Origin: Candidatus Nanoarchaeia archaeon
GTDB taxonomy: Archaea > Nanobdellota > Nanobdellia > Woesearchaeales > ARS49
NCBI GenBank assembly: GCA_041488275.1
Contig: JBGPOY010000005.1
Coordinates: forward strand, 20,386-84,385
DNA length: 64,000 nt
Reading direction: 5' to 3'
The position numbers and the translations under genes were made by a program. The notes under the pieces are model-generated. The model was not told the DNA's origin. It searched no databases and was given only the letters and a program-made list of their open reading frames with translations. Position 1 is the first letter of the stretch, and the number at the start of each line of letters is the position of its first letter. Shown piece by piece: positions 17,641 through 26,790 of the stretch.

Positions 17641-18147
17641 CTATACCGCCGCTTCAACCGTTGAGAACAGCGATTCTAATCCGAACTTGAGCATTTTGCG
17701 TTCCGTGATTTTGTCGTGCGTGTGGGGGAAAATGACCCAGCGCTTGTCCGTTGAACTGTCGGGGTTTGCGAAAATCAGGCACAGTTTCGGGAATTTGGTG
17801 AGCGCCTGCCAATTGTCGAGCACCATTTCCAGGTTCTTGTGCGTGTTCAAAACGACCAGTACTGCATTCAGTTCGGGCTGCATGCGCGAAAATAATGTTT
17901 CAAGAGAAGTCAGATGAGGAACGATGAGGATGTGCTGCGCGCCGTCCTTGCGAATGACCGTGAGCGTCCAGCCGTCGCCGCGCTGGATGCTGACGATGTT
18001 TTTGAGCAGCAAGTCCTTGTTTTTGAGGTAGTGTTCGGTCCAGTCCGTGAGCGCGTCATCTGCTGCGATGGTTTCACCGTTCTTGCTGCCTTTCTTGAAT
18101 AATATAAGCTTTTCTCTTTCCCCAACCAGTATACGAAAACGTAACAT
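17641..18147 (-). CDS. Hypothetical protein (start uncertain, possibly ATC at 18069)
   Basis: typical codon usage from about 18070 down; protein-like WTEHYLKNKD, WVIFPHTH. Confidence 0.75.
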   Translation of the reverse strand: MLRFRILVGEREKLILFKKGSKNGETIAADDALTDWTEHYLKNKDLLLKNIVSIQRGDGWTLTVIRKDGAQHILIVPHLTSLETLFSRMQPELNAVLVVLNTHKNLEMVLDNWQALTKFPKLCLIFANPDSSTDKRWVIFPHTHDKITERKMLKFGLESLFSTVEAAV

Positions 18148-18212
18148 TTATATATTGAGTCACTCATAAAGAATGCACACATTTCGAGAGTTCAAAGGGA
18201 ACAGGTGAGACT

Positions 18213-18950
18213 ATGGTTGCAGACGGCGAAGTCGTGATGAAGAAAATGGTGAACGCGCTCGCGCAAAGCAGCGCGCAGCAGTTGAAGCAGAATGATTCTG
18301 TCGAGAATTTCAAGAAGATTGTCCCGAGCCTGATTGAAAAGGGCTTGGACAACATCAACCTCAACATGTTCTCCGAGGAGATGCGTGTCGGATTGCTCAA
18401 TGCCATGGGCGACGAGTACTCGCGCAAGGGCAAGCTGCCCGAAGCCATCAAGGCGTTCATTCTCGGCGGCAACAAGAGCAAGCTCGTCGGCATCGGCGAC
18501 GACTACGAACGCGTCGGTCTGTTCTCCAACGCGATTGACGCGTACCGCCTCGCGGACTCCACGGAAAAGCTTCTCAAAATCGGCAACAAGTGCCTCGATG
18601 ACGGCCGCACGTCGGACGCCATCAAGGCCTACCGCTTGATTGGCAACGTCGACAAGCTCGTCAAGGTCGGCGAAGACTGTCTTGCCAAGGGCAAGTGGGA
18701 CTACGCCATCGAAGTCTTCAGCGCCATCGGCAACAAGGTCAAGCTCGCCCAGGTCGGCGATCGCTGCCTGCAGGAAAACCAGATCGGCTACGCCGCCAAG
18801 GCATACGAAATGTCCGGCGACGTCGAGAAGCTCAACCTGCTCGGCGACACCTGCATCCGGCAGGGACTTTTGAGTACGGCGCTCCAGAGCTACACGCTCG
18901 CGGGCAACTCCGTGATGATTCAGTTCATCAAAGAGAACTTCAGGCAGTAA
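18213..18950 (+). CDS. Alpha-solenoid protein with six 29-aa repeats
   Basis: repeat KLxxxGDxCLxxGxxxxAIxAYxxxG; GGTGA RBS. Confidence 0.88.
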   Translation: MVADGEVVMKKMVNALAQSSAQQLKQNDSVENFKKIVPSLIEKGLDNINLNMFSEEMRVGLLNAMGDEYSRKGKLPEAIKAFILGGNKSKLVGIGDDYERVGLFSNAIDAYRLADSTEKLLKIGNKCLDDGRTSDAIKAYRLIGNVDKLVKVGEDCLAKGKWDYAIEVFSAIGNKVKLAQVGDRCLQENQIGYAAKAYEMSGDVEKLNLLGDTCIRQGLLSTALQSYTLAGNSVMIQFIKENFRQ

Positions 18951-18954
18951 AACT

Positions 18955-19233
18955 ATGGTCGGCGTCGAGAAGTGTCTCAAGCACAGCAAGGAACTAGTCG
19001 GCGGGTGCATGTGGTGCGGCAAGCGCCTCTGCGAATTCTGCGTCGCGCGCAAGGAAGGGCTCAAGCTCTACTGTGAAATCTGCGCGCAGCAGCTCGGTCC
19101 GCCGCGGCGAACGATTCCGAAAGTCGAGCCGAAACAACCCGTCGTCGAGGAACGCACCGTGACGCCCATCTCGCGCAAACTGCCGAAGATGGACAAGGAC
19201 GGTTATTTCGATTTTACCAGCGTACGCCAGTGA
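18955..19233 (+). CDS. B-box-type zinc finger protein
   Basis: C-x2-H-x7-C-x2-C-x4-C-x2-C followed by YCEIC. Confidence 0.8.
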   Translation: MVGVEKCLKHSKELVGGCMWCGKRLCEFCVARKEGLKLYCEICAQQLGPPRRTIPKVEPKQPVVEERTVTPISRKLPKMDKDGYFDFTSVRQ

Positions 19234-19242
19234 GGGACTGAC

Positions 19243-19710
19243 ATGGACATTAACGAAGTCGTAAAACTCAATCAAATGATGAAAGAGCTGCAGAAGCACG
19301 GCATCGCCCAGAACGCGCCCGACGCGTTTCAGCAGGCGCAGGAATTCGTCGGCGACGAGCCCAAAAAGGTCGTGACTATCAATGAAGGAGGAGTGCACGT
19401 GGAATCCGTACCCGTTCAAGGAAGCGCGCTCATCGAGAGCCGTGTCAATCTGTTGCTGGACATGCACAACAAGAAAATCGAGAGCAACTTCATGATGATG
19501 AAGGACACTATTTCGGCGCTCGCGATGGAAATAGAGAAGCTGAAGTTCGAGCTCAAGAAGTTCGCGGATTCCAAGGCAAAGGTCGTCCAGGTCGTCCAAG
19601 AGACGCAGAAGTCCCTGAAGCCCGAAGAAAAGGCGCCTCACCCGCGCCAGGGCAACTACCAGCCGGGCGACGTCGCCATCGACAAAATGTTCTATTTCGG
19701 TCACAAGTGA
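19243..19710 (+). CDS. Hypothetical coiled-coil protein
   Basis: 155 aa, central heptads; followed by T-rich tract. Confidence 0.8.
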   Translation: MDINEVVKLNQMMKELQKHGIAQNAPDAFQQAQEFVGDEPKKVVTINEGGVHVESVPVQGSALIESRVNLLLDMHNKKIESNFMMMKDTISALAMEIEKLKFELKKFADSKAKVVQVVQETQKSLKPEEKAPHPRQGNYQPGDVAIDKMFYFGHK

Positions 19711-19738
19711 TTCTTGGTCTCAAAAAGAGAGTTCTTGT

Positions 19739-19754
19739 GATTTTTTTGTTTTTC
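19739..19754 (+). terminator. Putative oligo-T archaeal terminator
   Basis: TTTTTTTGTTTTT after the three-gene operon. Confidence 0.5.
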
Positions 19755-19818
19755 CTTCATTTATACGACGGAGGCACAACCTTTAAAAGCCCGCAATAAG
19801 GTCTTCCGATATCCCTTT

Positions 19819-19902
19819 GCGGGGGTGCCGGAGTGGCCAAACGGGTTCGCCTCAAGAGCGAATGGCTTAGCGCCTACGCAGGTTCGAATCCTGCCCCCCG
19901 CA
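19819..19902 (+). tRNA. tRNA-Leu(CAA)
   Basis: GCGGGGG/CCCCCGC acceptor, loop CTCAAGA, long variable arm, GGTTCGAATCC. Confidence 0.95.
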
Positions 19903-19930
19903 TCACAAATAAAAAAAGAGTGAATTCATC

Positions 19931-21370
19931 ATGCAAAATACTCAGAGACAGCAGCAGCCCAAACAGCACCAGCGCCCTCAACAGCAACATCAGCAGCAGC
20001 CGGGCCAGCAGCGTTCTATTTTCCCGCCAGGCGTGGAAATCATTCCCGTCGGAGGCACGGGCGAAGTCGGCAGGAACATGACCGCCGTCCGCGTGGACGA
20101 TGACGTCTTCATCTTCGACATCGGGCTGCACATGCCCAATTACATCAAGTTCACGGACGAAGACGATTCCGCGCTGAGCAAACTGAACGTGGAATCCCTG
20201 CGCAAGGCGGGCGCGATTCCCGATGACAACACGATTCAGCACTGGCGCAAGCACGTTAAGGCGATTTTTCTCGGTCACGGACACCTTGACCACATCGGCG
20301 CGGTTCCGTTCCTCGCCAACCGGTACAACGCTCCCGTCATCGGCACGCCGTACACCATCCAAATCCTGCGAAACATGATTCGTGACGAGAAGATGCAGTT
20401 CAAGAACAAGCTTGTTCCGCTCTCGCCCAACGGCGTGATGAAAATCACCAAGAACGTCAAGGCGGAGTTCGTGCACATCACGCACAGCATCCCACAATCG
20501 GTTTTGGTCGCGCTGCACACCCGGTACGGCATCATTCTCTACGCAACGGACTTCAAGTTTGACAACAATCCGGTGCTCGGCAAACCTCCGCAGTACGACA
20601 CGCTGAGAAAGCTCGGCGACGAAGGCGTGCTGGTCTCGATGGTGGACTCGCTGTACGTCACGAAGCCGGGAAAAATGCCCTCGGAGAACGTCGCGCGCGA
20701 GATGCTTCGCGACGCTATGCTGGGCGTGGACAACCGCGGCAAGGCATTGGTCGTCACGACGTTCAGCAGCCACATCGCTCGGCTGAAGAGCATCATTGAT
20801 TTTGGCAAGCAGACCAAGCGAAAAATCGTGTTCCTCGGACGCAGTCTCGCGAAATACGCGCTTGCCGCGGAAGAAATTGACCTGATGCATTTCACGAAAG
20901 AAGGCGTTGACATCGTCAAGTACGGCGCGCAGGTCAAGAAGAAGCTCCGCGAAATCGTCAAGCGCGGCAGGGACAAGTTCCTGCTCGTCGTCACCGGACA
21001 CCAGGGCGAACCGAAGAGCATGCTCGCTAAAATGGTCCACCACCAGTTCGATTTTCAGTTCGAGAGCGACGACCACGTCATTTTTTCGTCCAGCGTGATT
21101 CCGGTCGAGCCGAACATCACGTACCGCAAGAACATCGAGCGCGACCTCAACAAGGAAGGCGTTCGCATGTACACGGACATCCACTGCTCGGGGCACGCCG
21201 CGCGAGAGGACCTGCGCGAATTCCTGAAGCTCGTGCGCCCGCGGCACGTCATTCCGACGCACGCCGAACCGCCGAAAGTCAACTCGTTCATCCAGCTGTG
21301 GAACGAGATGGGGCTGCCCCCGAAACACGCCCACGTTCTGAAGCCCGGACAGCGTTTGCGGCTCGCGTGA
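19931..21370 (+). CDS. rnj: Ribonuclease J (beta-CASP) with Gln-rich N-tail
   Basis: GGTGEVGRNMT, HGHLDHIG, THSIP, TDFKFD, HCSGHA, PTH. Confidence 0.93.
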   Translation: MQNTQRQQQPKQHQRPQQQHQQQPGQQRSIFPPGVEIIPVGGTGEVGRNMTAVRVDDDVFIFDIGLHMPNYIKFTDEDDSALSKLNVESLRKAGAIPDDNTIQHWRKHVKAIFLGHGHLDHIGAVPFLANRYNAPVIGTPYTIQILRNMIRDEKMQFKNKLVPLSPNGVMKITKNVKAEFVHITHSIPQSVLVALHTRYGIILYATDFKFDNNPVLGKPPQYDTLRKLGDEGVLVSMVDSLYVTKPGKMPSENVAREMLRDAMLGVDNRGKALVVTTFSSHIARLKSIIDFGKQTKRKIVFLGRSLAKYALAAEEIDLMHFTKEGVDIVKYGAQVKKKLREIVKRGRDKFLLVVTGHQGEPKSMLAKMVHHQFDFQFESDDHVIFSSSVIPVEPNITYRKNIERDLNKEGVRMYTDIHCSGHAAREDLREFLKLVRPRHVIPTHAEPPKVNSFIQLWNEMGLPPKHAHVLKPGQRLRLA

Positions 21371-21407
21371 CGCAAGCTTTTTAACCCGTCCGTAGCGCCT
21401 CGAAGAT

Positions 21408-22406
21408 ATGGCGACGCTTTCCCTGTGCCTCATTGTCAAGAACGAGGAGCGCTGGCTTCCCGCTCTTCTTTCGTCGGCAAAGCCCTTTGTTGACGAACTC
21501 ATCGTGGCGGATACGGGAAGCGTCGACCGCACGGTTGAGTTTGCCCAAAACGCGGGCGCGACCGTGTTGCACGTCCCGTGGGAACATGATTTTGCGCAAG
21601 CGAAGAACGCAGCCATCGCGAAAGCGACCAAAGACTGGATTCTCGTCTTAGACGCCGACGAACGCATCACCGAAGACGATTTCAAGCGTCTGAGAACGCT
21701 CATCGAGTCCACTTCTGCGGACGCGTTCAAGCTGGAACTGCGCAACTACGTTCCACGGCTCGACTTGGGCTGCGTCGCGTGCCCGCCGAGCGAGGCGTCG
21801 ATGCAGGCGACGGCGTATCGCCCGATCAAACTGGTGCGCTTGTTCCGCAACAAGCGCGGATTCCATTTCGAGAACCGCGTGCACGAACTTGTCGAGCATA
21901 CGGTCGAAGCCGCGGGCGGCAGGATTGCCGAGGCAGGCATTCCCGTGCACCACTACGGCATTCTGTTTCCGACGAATCTCCGTCACAAGATGCGGTACTA
22001 CGCGTGGCTGATTTTCAAGCAATTGCAAGATGAACCGAACAACGTGCGCGTCCTGTACCTTGCGGGGCAATTTGAGCACGAGCGCGGCAACAGCACGAAG
22101 GCGTTGGAGTATTATGGGCGCGTCGCGAAGCTCGATCCCGCGTACCGGAATGTCTGGTTCGTGATTGCCAACATTCAGTTGGAGCAGAAGCAGTTCGACA
22201 AGGCGATGCAGGCGTATGAACAAAGCCTGATGAACAACCCGGACAGCCCAAACACGCCGCAGGCCATCAACAATCTTTCCGTTTTGTACGCGAACGCGGG
22301 TAGAAAGCAGGACGCGGCGGAGTTATTACAGGTTGCGTTGAAGAAATACCCGACGAACGCGGCCGTGAAGAAGAATGCCGAGCAGTTCGGCTTGCTTAAG
22401 GCATAA
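21408..22406 (+). CDS. GT2 glycosyltransferase with C-terminal TPRs
   Basis: LIVKNEE, DTGSVD, LDADE, VHE, HYG then TPR helices. Confidence 0.9.
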   Translation: MATLSLCLIVKNEERWLPALLSSAKPFVDELIVADTGSVDRTVEFAQNAGATVLHVPWEHDFAQAKNAAIAKATKDWILVLDADERITEDDFKRLRTLIESTSADAFKLELRNYVPRLDLGCVACPPSEASMQATAYRPIKLVRLFRNKRGFHFENRVHELVEHTVEAAGGRIAEAGIPVHHYGILFPTNLRHKMRYYAWLIFKQLQDEPNNVRVLYLAGQFEHERGNSTKALEYYGRVAKLDPAYRNVWFVIANIQLEQKQFDKAMQAYEQSLMNNPDSPNTPQAINNLSVLYANAGRKQDAAELLQVALKKYPTNAAVKKNAEQFGLLKA

Positions 22407-22701
22407 ACGCGTAGTTCTTCGAGAGCAGGTTGCGCAGGGTCTGTTCACTCTTCTTATTTTCTTCAGTGTCTTCGACGACTGCTTCGATGGTCAGTGCGCT
22501 CAGGGAAAGTTTGGCTCGAAACGTGATTCCTTTACAGAGCTCATAGTCGACGCCTTGCTCGAGCGCGGGAAATCCTTTCTCGCGAAGGTAGGCATGGTCG
22601 CTCTTCATCGACGCAATCTGGTAGGCCGTGCAAAATTTCAGAAACACGTCGACTAAGTCTTCCTTTGAGAACGTCTGGTTGATCCGGACGGCTATCGCCA
22701 T
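22396..22701 (-). CDS. Hypothetical protein coupled to PCNA
   Basis: ATG overlaps PCNA stop. Confidence 0.65.
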   Translation of the reverse strand: MAIAVRINQTFSKEDLVDVFLKFCTAYQIASMKSDHAYLREKGFPALEQGVDYELCKGITFRAKLSLSALTIEAVVEDTEENKKSEQTLRNLLSKNYAFMP

Positions 22702-23450
22702 CAGTCGTTTTCGACTCTCGGAGCAAGGATGAAGCTCATCGAGAGCTTGTCGATGACTTTGTAGTCCAGCCGCAAGGGGTAGTTCTCGTCGAAGTGCAGT
22801 TCTACTCGATCGGCGAGTTTCGACGCCTGAATCATCTTTTTCAGGTATTCGATGGAGTACTTTGCCTTGACGCGCGTCTTGCGCTCCGTGCGAATGGTCG
22901 TTTCGTCGCCCTGCTTGACGTCGATGTGCGCCTTGCTAAGGTCGCCTTCGGCCATAACGGTGAAGTGGTCGGCTTCCGCGGCGAGGCTGACGCTTTCGGC
23001 GACGATGTCAACGTCCGAGATGGCGTCGTTCAGCACTTGGCTGGATGTCGTTACGGTAACCGGGAAGTTGAGGTTCGGCACGCGCTGCTCCTTGTCCTCG
23101 ATTTCGAGGATGGGCAGATGGAACGTGCGGGTCGTGTTGCTCTTAAGCTGCACGACAAGCTTGTTGTCGGAAGAAACTTCGAGCGTCAGGACGTCGCTGG
23201 GGCTCGCGCGCTTGAGCACCTGCTTGAGGTTCTGGAGGTTGATGGCAAGGTCTTGTTCCTTCGGGACGTCATACTCGGTGAAGCAGCTGGAAAGCAGCTT
23301 GAAGATGACCATGGCGACGTTGGCGGGGTCCATCGCGATGAGCTCGATGGCGTCCTTGGTGATTTTGAATCTCGCTTCGTTAACGAGTTCCGAGAGAACG
23401 GCGATGCTGTCCTTTAGATATGTGGCGTCTGCGAGTACTAACTTGACCAT
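22701..23450 (-). CDS. pcn: DNA polymerase sliding clamp PCNA
   Basis: AMDPANVAM, YSIEYL, YPLRL, LAPRVE. Confidence 0.96.
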   Translation of the reverse strand: MVKLVLADATYLKDSIAVLSELVNEARFKITKDAIELIAMDPANVAMVIFKLLSSCFTEYDVPKEQDLAINLQNLKQVLKRASPSDVLTLEVSSDNKLVVQLKSNTTRTFHLPILEIEDKEQRVPNLNFPVTVTTSSQVLNDAISDVDIVAESVSLAAEADHFTVMAEGDLSKAHIDVKQGDETTIRTERKTRVKAKYSIEYLKKMIQASKLADRVELHFDENYPLRLDYKVIDKLSMSFILAPRVEND

Positions 23451-23521
23451 ACGGTAACCCCCCTGAACGAGGTTTTAACCTTGCACGTGTTTATAAGAAT
23501 TAGTATGCTGGAGTAGAAGGT

Positions 23522-23899
23522 TCAGTCAATCGAGGAAAGCTTTGACTCAATCTTCGAAAGTTCTTCCTCAAGCAATTGGAGCTTGGTCTTGTGCACGACT
23601 GCGGGCTTTGCTCGTGCCGTACGCGCAGGTGCAGCAGATTTGGGTGCGGACATCACGGGTTGCGGCTTGAACTTCATGGCGGTTGCGGGCAGTTTTGATT
23701 TCAGTCCGCCGGCGATGACGCGCAATACATTGAGAATTTTTTTGAGTTCAAGCATTCGCAATTCCTTTTCGGAGCGGATGGCGCGAAGCTGTTCAAATTT
23801 CTTGAGACTGTCAATGATGGATTTCTGCGCGAGCAAGGTGTCGCGGCGCAATTCACGCGGTTCGTGAACGCCTGCATAGAATGAATGATGTTCTTTCAT
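23522..23899 (-). CDS. Coiled-coil protein (divergent paralog of the two upstream genes)
   Basis: SFYAGV strand then long heptad helix. Confidence 0.8.
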   Translation of the reverse strand: MKEHHSFYAGVHEPRELRRDTLLAQKSIIDSLKKFEQLRAIRSEKELRMLELKKILNVLRVIAGGLKSKLPATAMKFKPQPVMSAPKSAAPARTARAKPAVVHKTKLQLLEEELSKIESKLSSID

Positions 23900-23904
23900 C
23901 CGGA

Positions 23905-24147
23905 TTAAACCTCGGGCTCCATCAGGCGCTTGTCGATGTCGTCGACCTTGTTCTCAATTTCGGCCAATTCGTTTTGCCATGCTTCAAATTCGGCGTCTTC
24001 CTGCGATTTCAGCTGGCTGATGCGGTTGAGCACGTTCTTCGCCTGCTGGATTTTGTCCTTCGCGAGCGTGAGAATTTCGGTGACGTCCTTGTACTCGTCG
24101 AGCTTGACAAACACCGGCATGTTGGTTCGTTCATTCATGAGTTTCAC
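23905..24147 (-). CDS. Small coiled-coil protein
   Basis: PVFVKLDEY...W...IDKRL module. Confidence 0.85.
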   Translation of the reverse strand: MKLMNERTNMPVFVKLDEYKDVTEILTLAKDKIQQAKNVLNRISQLKSQEDAEFEAWQNELAEIENKVDDIDKRLMEPEV

Positions 24148-24578
24148 CGTCCGAACAGTACTTCATCGACATACGTGAGCTTGCGCTGGATGTCTTCGAG
24201 CGAGGCGCGCCAGTCCTCCAATCCCTTGTCCTGGCTTGCCTTGACTTCGTGGAGCTTGCGGAACGAGTCTTCCGTCGCGGAAAGCTTGGAGCGGATGGAG
24301 TTGACGCCGTCGAGAATCGCTTGGTAGTCCTGCACGCTGACGAACAACGGTCCCTTGGATGAGCGCATGCGCGGCATCATCGGCTCGGGCGTTTCCATCA
24401 GGGGAGAGTGCTCTTCTTCCATCACTTCTTCGTGCATATCGGGAGCGGAAACAGGTTCAATGTCTTGAGGAGCTTCGGGGAATTCCATCATGTGCGGTTC
24501 GTCCATGTCCGGCATCGGCGGCGGAGGCAGGTCTACAGATTCCTCTCTCTTCTTGGAAAAGACGTCGAAAATACCCAT
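24144..24578 (-). CDS. Coiled-coil protein with amphipathic N-terminus and Pro-rich linker
   Basis: MGIFDVFSKK, LPPPPMP, PLFVSVQDY...W...VDEVLF. Confidence 0.85.
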   Translation of the reverse strand: MGIFDVFSKKREESVDLPPPPMPDMDEPHMMEFPEAPQDIEPVSAPDMHEEVMEEEHSPLMETPEPMMPRMRSSKGPLFVSVQDYQAILDGVNSIRSKLSATEDSFRKLHEVKASQDKGLEDWRASLEDIQRKLTYVDEVLFGR

Positions 24579-24739
24579 GTCGCGGTTACCCCCTTTGCTC
24601 CTTTTATTTTTGTGCGTCTTTAAGAACTTTGTTGAGTATCAGGACGTAGTGAAAACGTCATTTTTGAGGCGATGCCTTCCGAAAACTGTCCGTCTTTTTC
24701 CGAAGAACGCATATGAATGTGACCGGACGACTGGTGGTG

Positions 24740-25360
24740 ATGCGCGCCCGATACACGCTCCTGTTGTTTCTTCTCCTGTCCCTCATCGCGGTCATTCCCA
24801 ACGCAGTCGCTGAGACTGTCCCGCTCACCTTGCATGTCGTAGATGCGGGCTGCGCGACAGGCATCACGCTTACCGCCCCCGCGATGGCACGCGTCGGCGA
24901 ACACATTTCGTTTGCCATCAACCTGACGCGCCGCGCGAGGAACTTCTCGATTGCGTACGGCGCGGTGTGGGACAACGGCAGCGTCGCAAAGCCCGTGCTC
25001 ACGACGACCAACACTGCGCCCAAGAGTTTCACGCCGAAGAATTTCACCGGCACGCGCACGCTTATCCTGAACGCTACGTTGCTGTCCGCGGACTGCGACG
25101 AAACTCCTGAAGATAATTACGCTGAGGCGAGAGTTTTGGTGACGGGAAGTCCTGAACTGAACGGGTCGGCGATGATTTTTTCAAAGACGGACGACGTACG
25201 GCCAACGCCCCGGGGAAGCAACGTCTCGAGGTCAGTGGCGCAGGCAGTTACGGGAAGCGCCGTCGCAGAAGATCCTCCTCCATCGAACAAGCACTTCGCG
25301 GTGTGGTTCTTTGTCATCGGCGCAGGGGTGTTCTCCGCCGTCCTCGTCTGGAAGCGGTAA
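24740..25360 (+). CDS. Secreted, C-terminally anchored Ig/CARDB-like surface protein
   Basis: signal peptide, several NxS/T sequons, DETPEDN, C-terminal TM + KR. Confidence 0.75.
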   Translation: MRARYTLLLFLLLSLIAVIPNAVAETVPLTLHVVDAGCATGITLTAPAMARVGEHISFAINLTRRARNFSIAYGAVWDNGSVAKPVLTTTNTAPKSFTPKNFTGTRTLILNATLLSADCDETPEDNYAEARVLVTGSPELNGSAMIFSKTDDVRPTPRGSNVSRSVAQAVTGSAVAEDPPPSNKHFAVWFFVIGAGVFSAVLVWKR

Positions 25361-25392
25361 GGTTTTTAAACCGCGTAGGGCGCAAGAAGCGT

Positions 25393-26790
25393 ATGCTCAA
25401 GCTCTTCAACACGCTTTCGCGCAAGAAGGAGTCGTTCAAGCCCATCACGAAAGGGTTTGTCAAACTCTACACGTGCGGCCCAACCGTGTACAACTACGCG
25501 CACATCGGCAACCTGCGCACGTACCTCTTCGAAGACCTCCTCAAGCGCGTCCTGCTCTACAATACGCTCCACGTCCAGCACGTGATGAACATCACGGACG
25601 TCGGACACCTCACGAATGACTCCGACGCCGGTGAAGAAAAGATGGAAATCGCAAGCAAGCGCGAGGGCAAGAGCGCGTGGCAGCTCGCCGAATTCTACAC
25701 CAAGGCGTTCCAGCACGACATCGCGCGGCTGCACATCCTGCCGCCCAACGTCTGGTGCCGCGCAACCGACCACATCAAGGAACAGGTCGCGCTCGTCAAA
25801 CAGCTCGAAGAAAAAGGATTCACCTACATCATCCCAGGAGACGGCGTTTACTATGACACGAGCAAGTTCAAAAAGTACGGCAAGCTCGCCAAGCTCAACC
25901 TTGAAGGGCTGAAGGAAGGCGCGCGCGTCGAGCTGAACGAAGGCAAACGCAATCCGTCGGACTTCGCGCTCTGGAAGTTCTCTCCAACGGGACAAAAACG
26001 CCAAATGGAATGGGAAAGTCCTTGGGGCGTCGGCTTTCCGGGATGGCATATCGAGTGCAGCGCGATGAGCATGGCGCACCTCGGCAATCACTTTGACGTG
26101 CACTGCGGCGGCATCGACCACGTTCCCGTACACCACACGAACGAAATCGCGCAGACCGAAGCCGTGACCGGCAAAAAGTGGGTCAACTACTGGCTGCACG
26201 GTGAGTTCCTGTTGCTCGACAAGGGCAAGATGGCAAAAAGCGGCGAAAGCTTCATCACGCTCCAAAATCTCGTCGATAAGGGTTACGACCCGCTCGACTA
26301 CCGGTACTTCTGCCTCGGCGCGCACTATCGCAGCAAGCTCAACTTTTCCAACGACGCGCTCGACGGCGCGAAAAACTCGTGGAACAACCTCAAGGACAAA
26401 GTGAAAGAGCTCCGCGCCAACCACGCATCCAAGAAAGGCGCGGCGGTCGAGAAACACCAGAAAGACTTTCTCGCCGCAATCAACGATGACATGAACATGC
26501 CGGTCGCGATGAGCGTCGTCTGGGCAGTCGTCAAGGACGACTCCATCGGCAGCCACGAACGTCTCCAGCTTCTCGAAGACTTCGACCGCGTGCTCGGCTT
26601 CGGCATCGCGGACATCGCCGCCGCGCAGGCGCTTCCTCTCACACTTGAACTCCAGCACTTGCTTGATGAGCGTGCCAAAGCTCGAAAGTCCAAGGACTTC
26701 AAGCGCTCCGACGAACTGCGCAAGGAACTGCTTTCCAAGGGAATTCACGTCGAGGACGCAGCCGACGGTCAGCGCTGGACGCGCACATGA
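25393..26790 (+). CDS. cysS: Cysteine--tRNA ligase
   Basis: CGPTVY, HIGN, PGWHIEC, KMAKS. Confidence 0.97.
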   Translation: MLKLFNTLSRKKESFKPITKGFVKLYTCGPTVYNYAHIGNLRTYLFEDLLKRVLLYNTLHVQHVMNITDVGHLTNDSDAGEEKMEIASKREGKSAWQLAEFYTKAFQHDIARLHILPPNVWCRATDHIKEQVALVKQLEEKGFTYIIPGDGVYYDTSKFKKYGKLAKLNLEGLKEGARVELNEGKRNPSDFALWKFSPTGQKRQMEWESPWGVGFPGWHIECSAMSMAHLGNHFDVHCGGIDHVPVHHTNEIAQTEAVTGKKWVNYWLHGEFLLLDKGKMAKSGESFITLQNLVDKGYDPLDYRYFCLGAHYRSKLNFSNDALDGAKNSWNNLKDKVKELRANHASKKGAAVEKHQKDFLAAINDDMNMPVAMSVVWAVVKDDSIGSHERLQLLEDFDRVLGFGIADIAAAQALPLTLELQHLLDERAKARKSKDFKRSDELRKELLSKGIHVEDAADGQRWTRT

